From an uncultured Gammaproteobacteria bacterium (GTDB lineage: Bacteria; Pseudomonadota; Gammaproteobacteria; UBA9214): a stretch of 64,000 nucleotides of DNA. Below the pieces are notes generated by a model. The model ran no database searches. It had not been told where the DNA came from and worked only from the letters and a program-made list of their open reading frames with translations. Numbering within the stretch: the first letter of the stretch is position 1; every line of letters begins with the position of its first letter. The position numbers and the translations under genes are program-made. Location: positions 608,001 to 672,000 of the forward strand of contig CAVVHS010000006.1 of NCBI GenBank assembly GCA_963748215.1, in the 5' to 3' direction. Positions 46,006-54,575 of the stretch are shown one piece after another.

Positions 46006-47105
46006 TCGGCCGCGCTGGCAGGCACCGCCGGCGTGGTCGAGGTCACATCCGGGTTCTGCGCACGGTGCCTCAGGACATGGTCCATCAGCACAATGGCCAG
46101 CATGGCCTCCGCAATCGGCGTGGCGCGAATACCGACACAGGGGTCATGCCGCCCCGTGGTAACCACCTCGACCGGCCGGCCCTCGACATCGACCGTGCGA
46201 CCCGGGATGCGGATACTCGAGGTCGGCTTGAGGGCGATGCTGGCGAGGATGTCCTGGCCGCTGGAGATGCCACCCAGCACACCGCCGGCATGATTGGAGA
46301 GAAAGCCGTGCGGCGTGATTTCGTCACGGTGTGCGGTCCCTTTCTGCTCGACGCAGTCGAAACCGGCGCCGATTTCGACGCCCTTCACGGCATTGATGCT
46401 CATCATGGCGTGGGCGATATCGGCTTCCAGGCGATCGAAGATCGGCTCGCCCAGGCCGGCCGGGACCCCGCTCGCGACCACGTTGATCCGCGCGCCGATC
46501 GAGTTGCCCTCCTTGCGCAGGGCATCCATGTAGTCTTCCAGTTCACCGACCCGCGCGGGATCCGGCGCAAAGAACGGGTTCTGCCCGACCGCCTCCCAGT
46601 CCTTCAGTTCGAGGCGGATGGGCCCGAGCTGGGCCAGGTAGCCACGGATCCTGATGCCATAGCGCTCGCGCAGGTATTTTTTCGCGATCGACCCGGCCGC
46701 CACGCGCATCGCGGTTTCGCGCGCCGAGGAACGGCCGCCGCCGCGGTAATCGCGCAGGCCGTATTTCTGCTGGTAGGTATAGTCGGCATGGCCGGGCCGG
46801 AAGCGGTCCATGATGCCGGTATAGTCCTTGGACTTCTGGTCGGTATTGTGAATGAGCAGGCCGATCGGCGTGCCGGTGGTGCGGCCCTCGAACACGCCGG
46901 AGAGGATCTGCACGGCATCGGCCTCGCGACGCTGGGTGGTATGGCGGGACTTGCCCGGCTTGCGGCGGTCGAGGTCGGTCTGCAGGTCCGCCTCGGACAG
47001 CTCCAGCCCCGGCGGGCAGCCATCGACGATGCAGCCCAGCGCCGGTCCGTGACTTTCGCCAAACCCGGTTACGACAAACAGTTTTCCGAAGCTGTTACCA
47101 GACAT
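46002..47105 (-). CDS. aroC: Chorismate synthase
   Basis: [26 protein letters not shown]. Confidence 0.98.
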   Translation of the reverse strand: MSGNSFGKLFVVTGFGESHGPALGCIVDGCPPGLELSEADLQTDLDRRKPGKSRHTTQRREADAVQILSGVFEGRTTGTPIGLLIHNTDQKSKDYTGIMDRFRPGHADYTYQQKYGLRDYRGGGRSSARETAMRVAAGSIAKKYLRERYGIRIRGYLAQLGPIRLELKDWEAVGQNPFFAPDPARVGELEDYMDALRKEGNSIGARINVVASGVPAGLGEPIFDRLEADIAHAMMSINAVKGVEIGAGFDCVEQKGTAHRDEITPHGFLSNHAGGVLGGISSGQDILASIALKPTSSIRIPGRTVDVEGRPVEVVTTGRHDPCVGIRATPIAEAMLAIVLMDHVLRHRAQNPDVTSTTPAVPASAAD

Positions 47106-47267
47106 CGCGATATTGTAGCGAGTCTTGTCGCGGGCGTCGCCACTTTCTTGTCCAGCGTGATATGCGCAGGCCTGCGGCCGACCCCAACAAGCGACGGGTT
47201 AAAGCCCTGTACGGCGCGACCGATAGGGTTTGTGTCCTTGCCTTTAATTGAACTTCAGGAGCACACC

Positions 47268-47468
47268 GTGGCACAACCGAACACACTCAGGGGCTCGCAG
47301 GTGGGCAACTATCTCGGCCAGCCGATCTTCGAAACCATCACCTCGCGGAACGGGACCTACATTTTCGACCGTATCGCGGAAAATATCGATGGCGAATTCC
47401 CGCTCGATCAGCTGAAAGAAGACGAGTTGCTGATCAGGCCGGGACTGATCTACCGTCCCGCACGCTGA
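47268..47468 (+). CDS. Small hypothetical protein (66 aa)
   Basis: CAGGAG RBS before GTG; MAQPNTLRGSQVGNYLGQPIFE...PGLIYRPAR; fills the gap between aroC and the next gene. Confidence 0.7.
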   Translation: MAQPNTLRGSQVGNYLGQPIFETITSRNGTYIFDRIAENIDGEFPLDQLKEDELLIRPGLIYRPAR

Positions 47469-47470
47469 CT

Positions 47471-47788
47471 TCAGTCCGCACTGACATCCAGGCCCTCCCG
47501 GTGGGTCTGGTTGATCGTGTACAGCAGGCGGATGCACGGCAGTTCCTTGTCCGTGTATTTCTTCACCACGCGCATGAATGGCAGGTCGTGCCGGCCGAAC
47601 TGGTAACTGCCGTCCGCCATTGCTGCGCGCATACCGCGCAACTCCTTCAGCAACACCTCGACGTAACCGAGATGGTGCTCGACCTCGTCGATGTCGAAGC
47701 CCGCCGCTTCCAGAATATCCTCGAGCTCGAGGATCGCCTGCCTGACCAGCGCGGCATACGCCTGCGCTGTACCGGGTCGTGTGCTCAT
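47471..47788 (-). CDS. Hypothetical protein (105 aa)
   Basis: GAGG RBS, ATG 14 nt past the prmB stop, helical acidic N-terminal half. Confidence 0.75.
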   Translation of the reverse strand: MSTRPGTAQAYAALVRQAILELEDILEAAGFDIDEVEHHLGYVEVLLKELRGMRAAMADGSYQFGRHDLPFMRVVKKYTDKELPCIRLLYTINQTHREGLDVSAD

Positions 47789-47801
47789 GATGTTCTCTTC
47801 C

Positions 47802-48779
47802 TCACTGTTTGTCCCGGTCACTCCCGCGCCCGGCGACTGCCTGATCGAATACCGTCCGGTAGTGTTCCAGCTGCTTGCGCTCCAGCAGAAATACCCCCTC
47901 ACCGCCAAAGGCGAAATCCAGCCACATGAACGGAACATCCGGGAACCGCGCCGCCAGGATGTCCTGGGTATTGCCGACCTCGACGACCAGGATGCCAGTC
48001 GTCGTCAGGTGAGACACCGCGTCGCGCAGGATACGTACTACGATATCAAGCCCGTCGTCCCCGGCCACCAGTCCGAGTGCCGGCTCGTGAAGAAATTCCG
48101 CGGCCAGTCCCTGCATCTCACCGCGCGGCACGTAGGGCGGGTTGGAGACTATGATGTCATAGTGCCGGCCATCAAGGGCCGAGAACACATCGGACCGCAG
48201 CACATCGATACGCCGCCCCAGGTCATGCCGATCGACATTGCATCGCGCCACCGCCAGCGCATCGATTGACAGGTCGGTCAGGGTAACGTGCGCCTGTGGA
48301 AAATAATGCGCGCAGGCAATGCCGATACAACCGCTGCCGGTGCACAGGTCCAGGATCTGCCCCACCCCGGCCGGATCCACCCAGGGCGTGAACTGCGCCT
48401 CGATCAGCTCGGCGAGCGGCGAGCGTGGCACCAGCACCCGTTCATCGACATGGAACGGCAGCCCGGCGAACCAGGCCTCTCCGGTGAGGTAGGCCGCCGG
48501 CTTGCGGCTCGCGACGCGCTGTTCCAGCAGGTCGATGGCCCGGGTCCGCTCGCCAGTGCCCAGCTCGCGATCGAGCACGTCATCGGGCTGCTCGTAGCCT
48601 ATCTGTAGCGCATACAGCACCAGGCACGCGGCCTCGTCCAGTGCATTGTCGGTGCCGTGATAAAAACCGAGGTCCGACGCCTCGAAATAAGCGGCGCCGC
48701 GCTGAATAAGATCACGCGCGGTCTGTGCGGTATTCAGGGCGTTGTGGCTGACGGATACGCGAAAATCGGCTGCTGTCAT
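47802..48779 (-). CDS. prmB: 50S ribosomal protein L3 glutamine N5-methyltransferase
   Basis: HGTDNALDEA, VLVPRSP, LDLCTGSGCIG, SNPPY; close to aroC. Confidence 0.95.
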   Translation of the reverse strand: MTAADFRVSVSHNALNTAQTARDLIQRGAAYFEASDLGFYHGTDNALDEAACLVLYALQIGYEQPDDVLDRELGTGERTRAIDLLEQRVASRKPAAYLTGEAWFAGLPFHVDERVLVPRSPLAELIEAQFTPWVDPAGVGQILDLCTGSGCIGIACAHYFPQAHVTLTDLSIDALAVARCNVDRHDLGRRIDVLRSDVFSALDGRHYDIIVSNPPYVPRGEMQGLAAEFLHEPALGLVAGDDGLDIVVRILRDAVSHLTTTGILVVEVGNTQDILAARFPDVPFMWLDFAFGGEGVFLLERKQLEHYRTVFDQAVAGRGSDRDKQ

Positions 48780-48817
48780 GATGTATCGCTGCTGGCTATG
48801 TGGAATAATCGCGGCCC

Positions 48818-49456
48818 ATGAACAACTTCAGCAATCCGGGCCGCATCCTGATGGCGGTGATTATAGCCGCAATTGCCGTTGGCGCCGGCATCTGGGCGGC
48901 ACGCGTCTTGCTCGAGCCAGCGGCGCAGGTCGGCACCCTGTCAGCGACCCGCTTTCCGGTCGCGCGCCCCTTGCAGGCGTTTAAGCTGGTCGATCATAAC
49001 GGCCAGCGCTTCGACAACCAGGCCCTGCAGGGGCACTGGACGTTCCTGTTCTTCGGCTACACCCATTGCCCGGATGTCTGCCCGACCACCCTGTCGGTGC
49101 TCAACACGGTCGCGCACCGGCTGGCCGACAGCGGCGCCAGCGCGCGTTTCGCCTTTATCACGGTCGACCCGCAACGCGACACACCGGAACAACTGGCCCG
49201 CTTCGTTACCTATTTCAATGGCGATTTCATCGGCGTCACCGGCGAGCCGGGCGCCATCGAGCAACTCACCAAACAGCTCGGCGTGCTGTTCATGCAGGTC
49301 AGTAGCGACCCCGACCCGGACAGCTACCTGGTCGATCATACCGCCAGCGTGTTCCTGATCGACCCGGACGGACGCTACCAGGCGGTATTCACGCCACCAC
49401 TGGACGCCGCTGCCATCAGCGCTGATTTCAACACCATGCTCAAGGCCTACCCGTGA
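48818..49456 (+). CDS. SCO1/SenC copper chaperone
   Basis: N-terminal TM, FGYTHCPDVCP (CxxxC), VDPQRD, distal DH copper ligand. Confidence 0.93.
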   Translation: MNNFSNPGRILMAVIIAAIAVGAGIWAARVLLEPAAQVGTLSATRFPVARPLQAFKLVDHNGQRFDNQALQGHWTFLFFGYTHCPDVCPTTLSVLNTVAHRLADSGASARFAFITVDPQRDTPEQLARFVTYFNGDFIGVTGEPGAIEQLTKQLGVLFMQVSSDPDPDSYLVDHTASVFLIDPDGRYQAVFTPPLDAAAISADFNTMLKAYP

Positions 49457-49920
49457 ACGCAATCCGCCCCGCGCGAGAGCTTGCCAGACTCGTATTGTGC
49501 TGGTGTCTGGCCGGCATGGCACATGCCGATACCACCTTGCAGGTAGCCGATCCCTGGATCCGGGAAGCACCGCCCGCGGCCAGCGTGCATGCGGGCTACA
49601 TGACCCTCGTGAATACCGGCACCGAGGCCATACTGATCGATTCGGTCAGCAGTCCGGACTTCGAGGGCGCGGAAATCCACCGCAGCTGGGTCGAGGAGGG
49701 TGTCGCGCGCATGCAGCCGGTGCGGCAGCTCGAGGTGCCGGCAACCGCGACGCTGGCACTGGAGCCCGGCAGTTATCACCTGATGCTGTTCGACGCCCGG
49801 CGTGCATTGCAGGAAGGTGACAGCGCCACCCTGTTGCTGCACCTGGCCGATGGCACCTGCATCCGCGTGACCGCCCCGGTCAGGCGCAGCACAGGCAGTG
49901 AACATCATCATCACCACTAG
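49453..49920 (+). CDS. Periplasmic copper chaperone PCu(A)C
   Basis: Signal peptide; EIH...M...PGSYHLML motif; His5 tail. Confidence 0.9.
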   Translation: MNAIRPARELARLVLCWCLAGMAHADTTLQVADPWIREAPPAASVHAGYMTLVNTGTEAILIDSVSSPDFEGAEIHRSWVEEGVARMQPVRQLEVPATATLALEPGSYHLMLFDARRALQEGDSATLLLHLADGTCIRVTAPVRRSTGSEHHHHH

Positions 49921-49935
49921 CCGGAGTTTCGCTGC

Positions 49936-50823
49936 ATGACTGACCGCAAGGCCAGCCTGCCGGACAAGCTCAAGTCCTGGCCGCTGGCACTGCTACCCCA
50001 CCAGCTGCTGTCGCACGCGGTTCGCCGTGCCACGCGCTGGCGCACGCCGTGGTGGAAAAACCTGCTGATCCGCACTTTTATCCGCCACTTCCATGTTGAC
50101 ATGAGTGAGGCGGAACAGCCGGATCCCGGCGCCTATGCAGACTTCAACAGCTTTTTCACGCGTGCCCTGCGCCCCGGCGTGCGTTCGCAGCCGGACGATA
50201 TGGCCGCCATCGCCTGCCCGGTTGACGGTCGGGTCAGCCAGGCCGGCGCGATCACGGGTGACCGGGTACTGCAGGCCAAGGGACATGACTACTCGCTGAC
50301 GGCCCTGCTCGGCGGCGATCCGGCCCGCGCCGCAGCGTTTGCCGAGGGTCAGTTCGCCACGCTTTATCTCTCGCCGCGGGACTACCACCGCATTCACATG
50401 CCCTGCTCCGGCACGCTGCTCTCGACCACCTACGTGCCGGGGCGCCTGTACAGCGTGGCGCCACATACCACGCGTGCCATCCCCGGGCTGTTTGCACGCA
50501 ACGAACGCCTGGTCGCACTGTACGACACGCCCACCGGCCCGATGGCCATGGTGCTGGTCGGGGCGATCTTCGTGTCCTGCATGGAAACCGTGTGGGGTGG
50601 TATCGTCAACCCGCGGCACGGCATGGCGATGCAAACCACGCATTTCGATGCACCCGGCAGCACGCCGGTCAGGCTCGGGCGCGGCGCCGAAATGGGGCGT
50701 TTCAACATGGGTTCCACCGTGATCCTGGTCTACGGCCCGGGACAGGTGGCCTGGGCGGAGTCCCTGTCGCCCGGACAGGCCGTCCGGACAGGCCAGGTTA
50801 TCGGTCACGGCCTGCCCGGATAA
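49936..50823 (+). CDS. psd: Phosphatidylserine decarboxylase proenzyme
   Basis: FNSFFTR, PVDG, YLSPRDYHRIH, ARNER, MGST self-cleavage motif. Confidence 0.96.
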   Translation: MTDRKASLPDKLKSWPLALLPHQLLSHAVRRATRWRTPWWKNLLIRTFIRHFHVDMSEAEQPDPGAYADFNSFFTRALRPGVRSQPDDMAAIACPVDGRVSQAGAITGDRVLQAKGHDYSLTALLGGDPARAAAFAEGQFATLYLSPRDYHRIHMPCSGTLLSTTYVPGRLYSVAPHTTRAIPGLFARNERLVALYDTPTGPMAMVLVGAIFVSCMETVWGGIVNPRHGMAMQTTHFDAPGSTPVRLGRGAEMGRFNMGSTVILVYGPGQVAWAESLSPGQAVRTGQVIGHGLPG

Positions 50824-50835
50824 CATCACTTCCTG

Positions 50836-50861
50836 TTAACCAAATCCGCGGTTCCGCGTTA
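50836..50861 (+). promoter_or_regulatory. Candidate ECF-sigma promoter
   Basis: TTAAC-N16-CGTTA (AAC...CGT pattern) upstream of the operon that encodes an ECF sigma. Confidence 0.5.
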
Positions 50862-50896
50862 GCTGTCATTGAGACAACCAACACAGGAGCTGCATC

Positions 50897-51247
50897 ATGA
50901 AAATCCGGTCACTCATCAGTTCGACTCTGCTGGCCGCCAGTCTGGGCCTTGGCATCAATGCCCCGGCACAGGCGGATCACGGTAAATTCTCGCAACGGTT
51001 GCATGATCGGCATGATTCATGCCCGATATATTCCCGCAACCGGCACGACGGCAAGCATAATCAACACAGGTATCTGAAAACCAACTGGAGGTTGCATAGC
51101 TGGCGCCATCACGACAACGACGGCCACGACCGGCGCCATGATGGCCGGGGTCGCGATTATGACAGGCACCATGACGACCGGTACCGTGCTGACCGGGGTC
51201 GCGATTATGACAGACACGATGACCATGACAGGCAGCGCCGTCACTGA
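50897..51247 (+). CDS. Exported His/Asp/Arg-rich repeat protein
   Basis: CAGGAG RBS, signal peptide ending AQA-DH, RGRDYDRH repeats (21-bp direct repeat 51145-51165 / 51193-51213). Confidence 0.8.
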   Translation: MKIRSLISSTLLAASLGLGINAPAQADHGKFSQRLHDRHDSCPIYSRNRHDGKHNQHRYLKTNWRLHSWRHHDNDGHDRRHDGRGRDYDRHHDDRYRADRGRDYDRHDDHDRQRRH

Positions 51248-51401
51248 GACTCGCACCCGTCGTGCTTCGGGTATACTCGATGCCAAACGCGGCCATACGT
51301 CGATGCAGGGACGCATTGGCGGACCGGCCGTTACCTGGCCGGTGCTGACGCGCACCTACAGTCTGCACGAAACCGGCAGACCCACCACCCCGGGGACAGC
51401 C

Positions 51402-52004
51402 TTGGACAGATCGGCCAATAATAACCAGGCACTGGAGACATTCTTTGTCGAGCAGGAGGACAAGGCATTCTATGTTGCCTACGCGGCGCTCTGGGACAGG
51501 GAAGCGGCCATGGATGCCGTCCAGGACAGCATGCTGCGCCTGGTCCAGTATTACCGGCACAAGCCGGCAGAGGAATGGCCGGCCCTGTTTCGCACCATCC
51601 TCAACAGCCGGATCAACGATGTGCGTCGCAAGCGGCTGCTCGAGCAGGGCAAACACAAGCTGGTATCACTGACCGGCCTGTTTCGCGGCAAACGCGAGGA
51701 TGAGCACGACAACACTGAATTCGAGTTACCGGCGCAGGAACGCGATGACGGGGTTAGCGCCCCGGAGGTCGAATACATCGCGCAGGAACTCAGGCAGCAG
51801 ATCGCGCAGGCCCTGCAAGCCTTGTCAGAAAGACAGCGCCAGGTCTTCATTCTGCGCGAATGGCGTGGTATGAGTATTAACGAAACGGCCACGACGCTGG
51901 GCTGCTCGGAAAACACCATCAAGCAGCACCACTTTCGGGCCATGCGTGAACTGCGCAAACAACTGGCGGAGGTATGGGATTATGCACAGCCAACAACATC
52001 CTGA
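51402..52004 (+). CDS. ECF RNA polymerase sigma factor
   Basis: Region 2 (AMDAVQDSML, WPALF) and region 4 (LSERQRQVFILR...SENTIKQHHFRA); TTG start inferred. Confidence 0.9.
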   Translation: MDRSANNNQALETFFVEQEDKAFYVAYAALWDREAAMDAVQDSMLRLVQYYRHKPAEEWPALFRTILNSRINDVRRKRLLEQGKHKLVSLTGLFRGKREDEHDNTEFELPAQERDDGVSAPEVEYIAQELRQQIAQALQALSERQRQVFILREWRGMSINETATTLGCSENTIKQHHFRAMRELRKQLAEVWDYAQPTTS

Positions 52005-52455
52005 CCGGGAACAACTGGATCGCCTGCGTGCCGGCCTGCTGGATGATTCGCCACAGGACAAGGCCCTGCTGGAAGCACATCTCGCAGCGTGTGACACCTG
52101 CCAGGCCCAATTCGGCAGCTGGGAACAGCTCGGGCCCGGCTCACTGGGCCCGGACCTCGAACCGGCCGCGCTCGGACGTGACCTGCGTGCGGCCAGGATG
52201 CTCGCCCTGGACAGCGGCACGCCGCGCCAGCGCCATGCCTTCGCACCCTACGCGACGGCCGCCCTGCTGCTGATCGCCGTCACGGTCGGGATCTGGACAG
52301 GCCAGCACTGGCTGCAGCCACAACAGCCACAGCTAACCGCCCAGGCGCCGCATGAAGTGCCCGATATCTACGAGGACCTGGACTTCTATCTCTGGCTGGC
52401 GGGCCAGCATGACTCCGAATCCGAGACACACAGTGACAACCCGAACAACACCTGA
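51982..52455 (+). CDS. Zinc-binding (ZAS) transmembrane anti-sigma factor
   Basis: HLAACDTC (HxxxCxxC), single TM, EDLDFYLWL C-terminal motif; overlaps the sigma gene. Confidence 0.85.
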   Translation: MHSQQHPDREQLDRLRAGLLDDSPQDKALLEAHLAACDTCQAQFGSWEQLGPGSLGPDLEPAALGRDLRAARMLALDSGTPRQRHAFAPYATAALLLIAVTVGIWTGQHWLQPQQPQLTAQAPHEVPDIYEDLDFYLWLAGQHDSESETHSDNPNNT

Positions 52456-52456
52456 C

Positions 52457-52780
52457 ATGAAAGCACGCAACATCATCAGCGCCGCAATCCTCGCCGTGTA
52501 TCTCGCCGGCGGGATGCAACCCGTACACGCCGACAACGACATTCCCTGGAACAGCCTGAGTCGGAGCGAACAATCCCTGCTCATGAAACACCAGGGTGGA
52601 TGGACGAGCCTGAGCGGCAAGGAACAGCGCCGGCTGGTAAGTGGTGCAAGAAAGTACCTGGAGTTGCCGCCCGACCAGCGCAAGGCGGTCGAGGACAAGC
52701 GCAACCAGTACAAACGCATGTCCCCTGAAGAGCGGGAGCAACTGCGCGACAGATACAGCAAGCAGAAGAAATACCGCTAG
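52457..52780 (+). CDS. Exported DUF3106-like protein
   Basis: Signal peptide; repeated W/Y-x-x-L/M-S/P-x-x-E/Q helical units; TAG stop lies in the MITE CTAG. Confidence 0.8.
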   Translation: MKARNIISAAILAVYLAGGMQPVHADNDIPWNSLSRSEQSLLMKHQGGWTSLSGKEQRRLVSGARKYLELPPDQRKAVEDKRNQYKRMSPEEREQLRDRYSKQKKYR

Positions 52781-53279
52781 CCCGCATTTCTCACCGGGAT
52801 CCCGGAAGCTGGCGCACGACTGAAAGGACGCAGGAGGTAGAGCAACGCAGGGAGCAGTTGCCGAGGGCTCGTGTGACCGGGCGCCGCTCTGGAATGAAGG
52901 ACCCGCTCGAGGCGCAGAGCAGGGGCCCCGGCGTAGCCGGGGATGCGACCGCCGGTGGGCGGAAGATCGCTTCGAACACCACCGCGGGTCTTCGCTCCAC
53001 CGGGGGTCAGATCCCCACCGCTGCGCGGCGGGGCCCCTCTTCCGCCCCTCGAAGCGATGCAGCCGTAGCAACCACTTGAATGAAGAGGCCGCTCCCGGCT
53101 TCCTGCCTCCCGCGGCACTTGCACTTCCCTGTACATCGCAAGTACGGGTGCACGAGAACCAGTCAGGGCCGGGATAGGCGCCGCCCGATGACACACTGTT
53201 TGTTACTGAATGGGCATCACTTTCATGATGTAAATTCAGTATGTCCGTCAACAGCCGCCCGGTGAGAAATGCGGGCTAG
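52777..53279. mobile_element. Long-form MITE-like element (503 bp) with three nested insertions
   Basis: Perfect TIRs; core at 53169-53279 is the reverse complement of the short form; CCGGGAT direct repeats at 52794-52800 and 53169-53175. Confidence 0.9.
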
Positions 53280-53384
53280 GCCCGGCAGCGCCCGCACCGG
53301 GGACCGGGCCGGCGATACCGCGGGCCGACCATCTCTGGTATGCTTCGCTGCCATTTTCACGGGCACGCAGGCGACGCCATCATC

Positions 53385-54206
53385 ATGCAACCCATGCTCA
53401 ACATCGCGGTTCGCGCCGCACGCAATGCAGGCAATATCATCGTCAGGAGCCTGGACCGTCTCGACAGCCTTGCCATACATACCAAGGACCGCAACGATTT
53501 CGTGACCGAGATCGACCAGCATGCGGAACGCGAAATCATCGGCACCCTGCGCAAGGCCTTTCCCCGACACAGCATCCTGGCCGAGGAAAGCGGTACGCAC
53601 GACGGTGACGAATACCAGTGGATCATCGACCCGCTCGACGGGACGACCAATTTCCTGCACGGATTCCCTCATTTCGCCGTCTCGATCGCCCTCCGCCACC
53701 GCGGCAGGCTGGAGCAGGCGGTGATCTACAATCCACTGAGCCAGGAACTGTTCACGGCCTCGCGCGGAGCAGGCGCACAGCTCAATGACCGGCGGATTCG
53801 CGTCAGTTCCCGCAAAAGCCTGGACGGTGCCCTGCTGGGTACCGGCTTCCCCTTCAAGACCCAGCAGTATCTCGACCCCTACCTCGATATGTTCCGTGCC
53901 CTGTTTCCGGAAACTGCCGGCATTCGACGTGCCGGCTCGGCGGCACTCGACCTGGCATTTGTTGCCGCCGGCAGGCTCGACGGTTTCTGGGAGATCGGCC
54001 TGAATATCTGGGACATGGCGGCCGGTGTCCTGCTGATCCAGGAAGCCGGCGGGCTGTGCAGCGATTTTGTCGCCGGTCACGACTACCTGGAGAACGGCAA
54101 TCTGGTAGTTGGCAATCCGAAAGTGTTCGCCGAAATCCTCAAGGCCATCCGGCCGCACGTAACGCCCGAACTCGCCGCCCGTCACCTGCCCCTGCACCCG
54201 ACCTGA
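53385..54206 (+). CDS. suhB: Inositol monophosphatase family protein SuhB
   Basis: MQPMLNIAVRAAR, WIIDPLDGTTNF, WDMAAG. Confidence 0.96.
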   Translation: MQPMLNIAVRAARNAGNIIVRSLDRLDSLAIHTKDRNDFVTEIDQHAEREIIGTLRKAFPRHSILAEESGTHDGDEYQWIIDPLDGTTNFLHGFPHFAVSIALRHRGRLEQAVIYNPLSQELFTASRGAGAQLNDRRIRVSSRKSLDGALLGTGFPFKTQQYLDPYLDMFRALFPETAGIRRAGSAALDLAFVAAGRLDGFWEIGLNIWDMAAGVLLIQEAGGLCSDFVAGHDYLENGNLVVGNPKVFAEILKAIRPHVTPELAARHLPLHPT

Positions 54207-54328
54207 CGCAGGTCACGCTGCCTGCAGCCGTCCTACTCAAGCACCACATGCCGGTGCCGATGCCTTCAGGAAGGGGCCGATGTTGTGGCTGAACCTGAAG
54301 CGGTATCGGACCGAGCGAGGAACCCGGC

Positions 54329-54550
54329 ATGCAGAACAGACAACAGGACAGAAGAATCAACGGCGCGGCACTGGAAATGATCATGCAGGATGTGCTGAGG
54401 GGCATGCAGGACTTTACCCGCGACGCCTGTTGCGGATGTCCTGCGACAAGCCTGGAAATTCTCGGTGTGGAGGACGCTGGCAATGCAGCGGTCCGGACCG
54501 CACAGGTGCTGCCGTTCCCGGCAGCACGCGGCAATATCTCCGGGGACTGA
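54329..54550 (+). CDS. Small hypothetical protein (73 aa)
   Basis: GAGGA RBS, ATG, CCGC and VLPFP motifs; fills the suhB-secF gap. Confidence 0.5.
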   Translation: MQNRQQDRRINGAALEMIMQDVLRGMQDFTRDACCGCPATSLEILGVEDAGNAAVRTAQVLPFPAARGNISGD

Positions 54551-54575
54551 ACCGCTTACCCGGCTGCCTGCCCGA

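Noticed and set aside
52901-53056. 6S RNA, SRP RNA or tmRNA identity for the long hairpin
   Set aside because: No SRP core motif, no tRNA-like ends, not in the zapA-ygfA context of 6S, and it is nested inside a repeat
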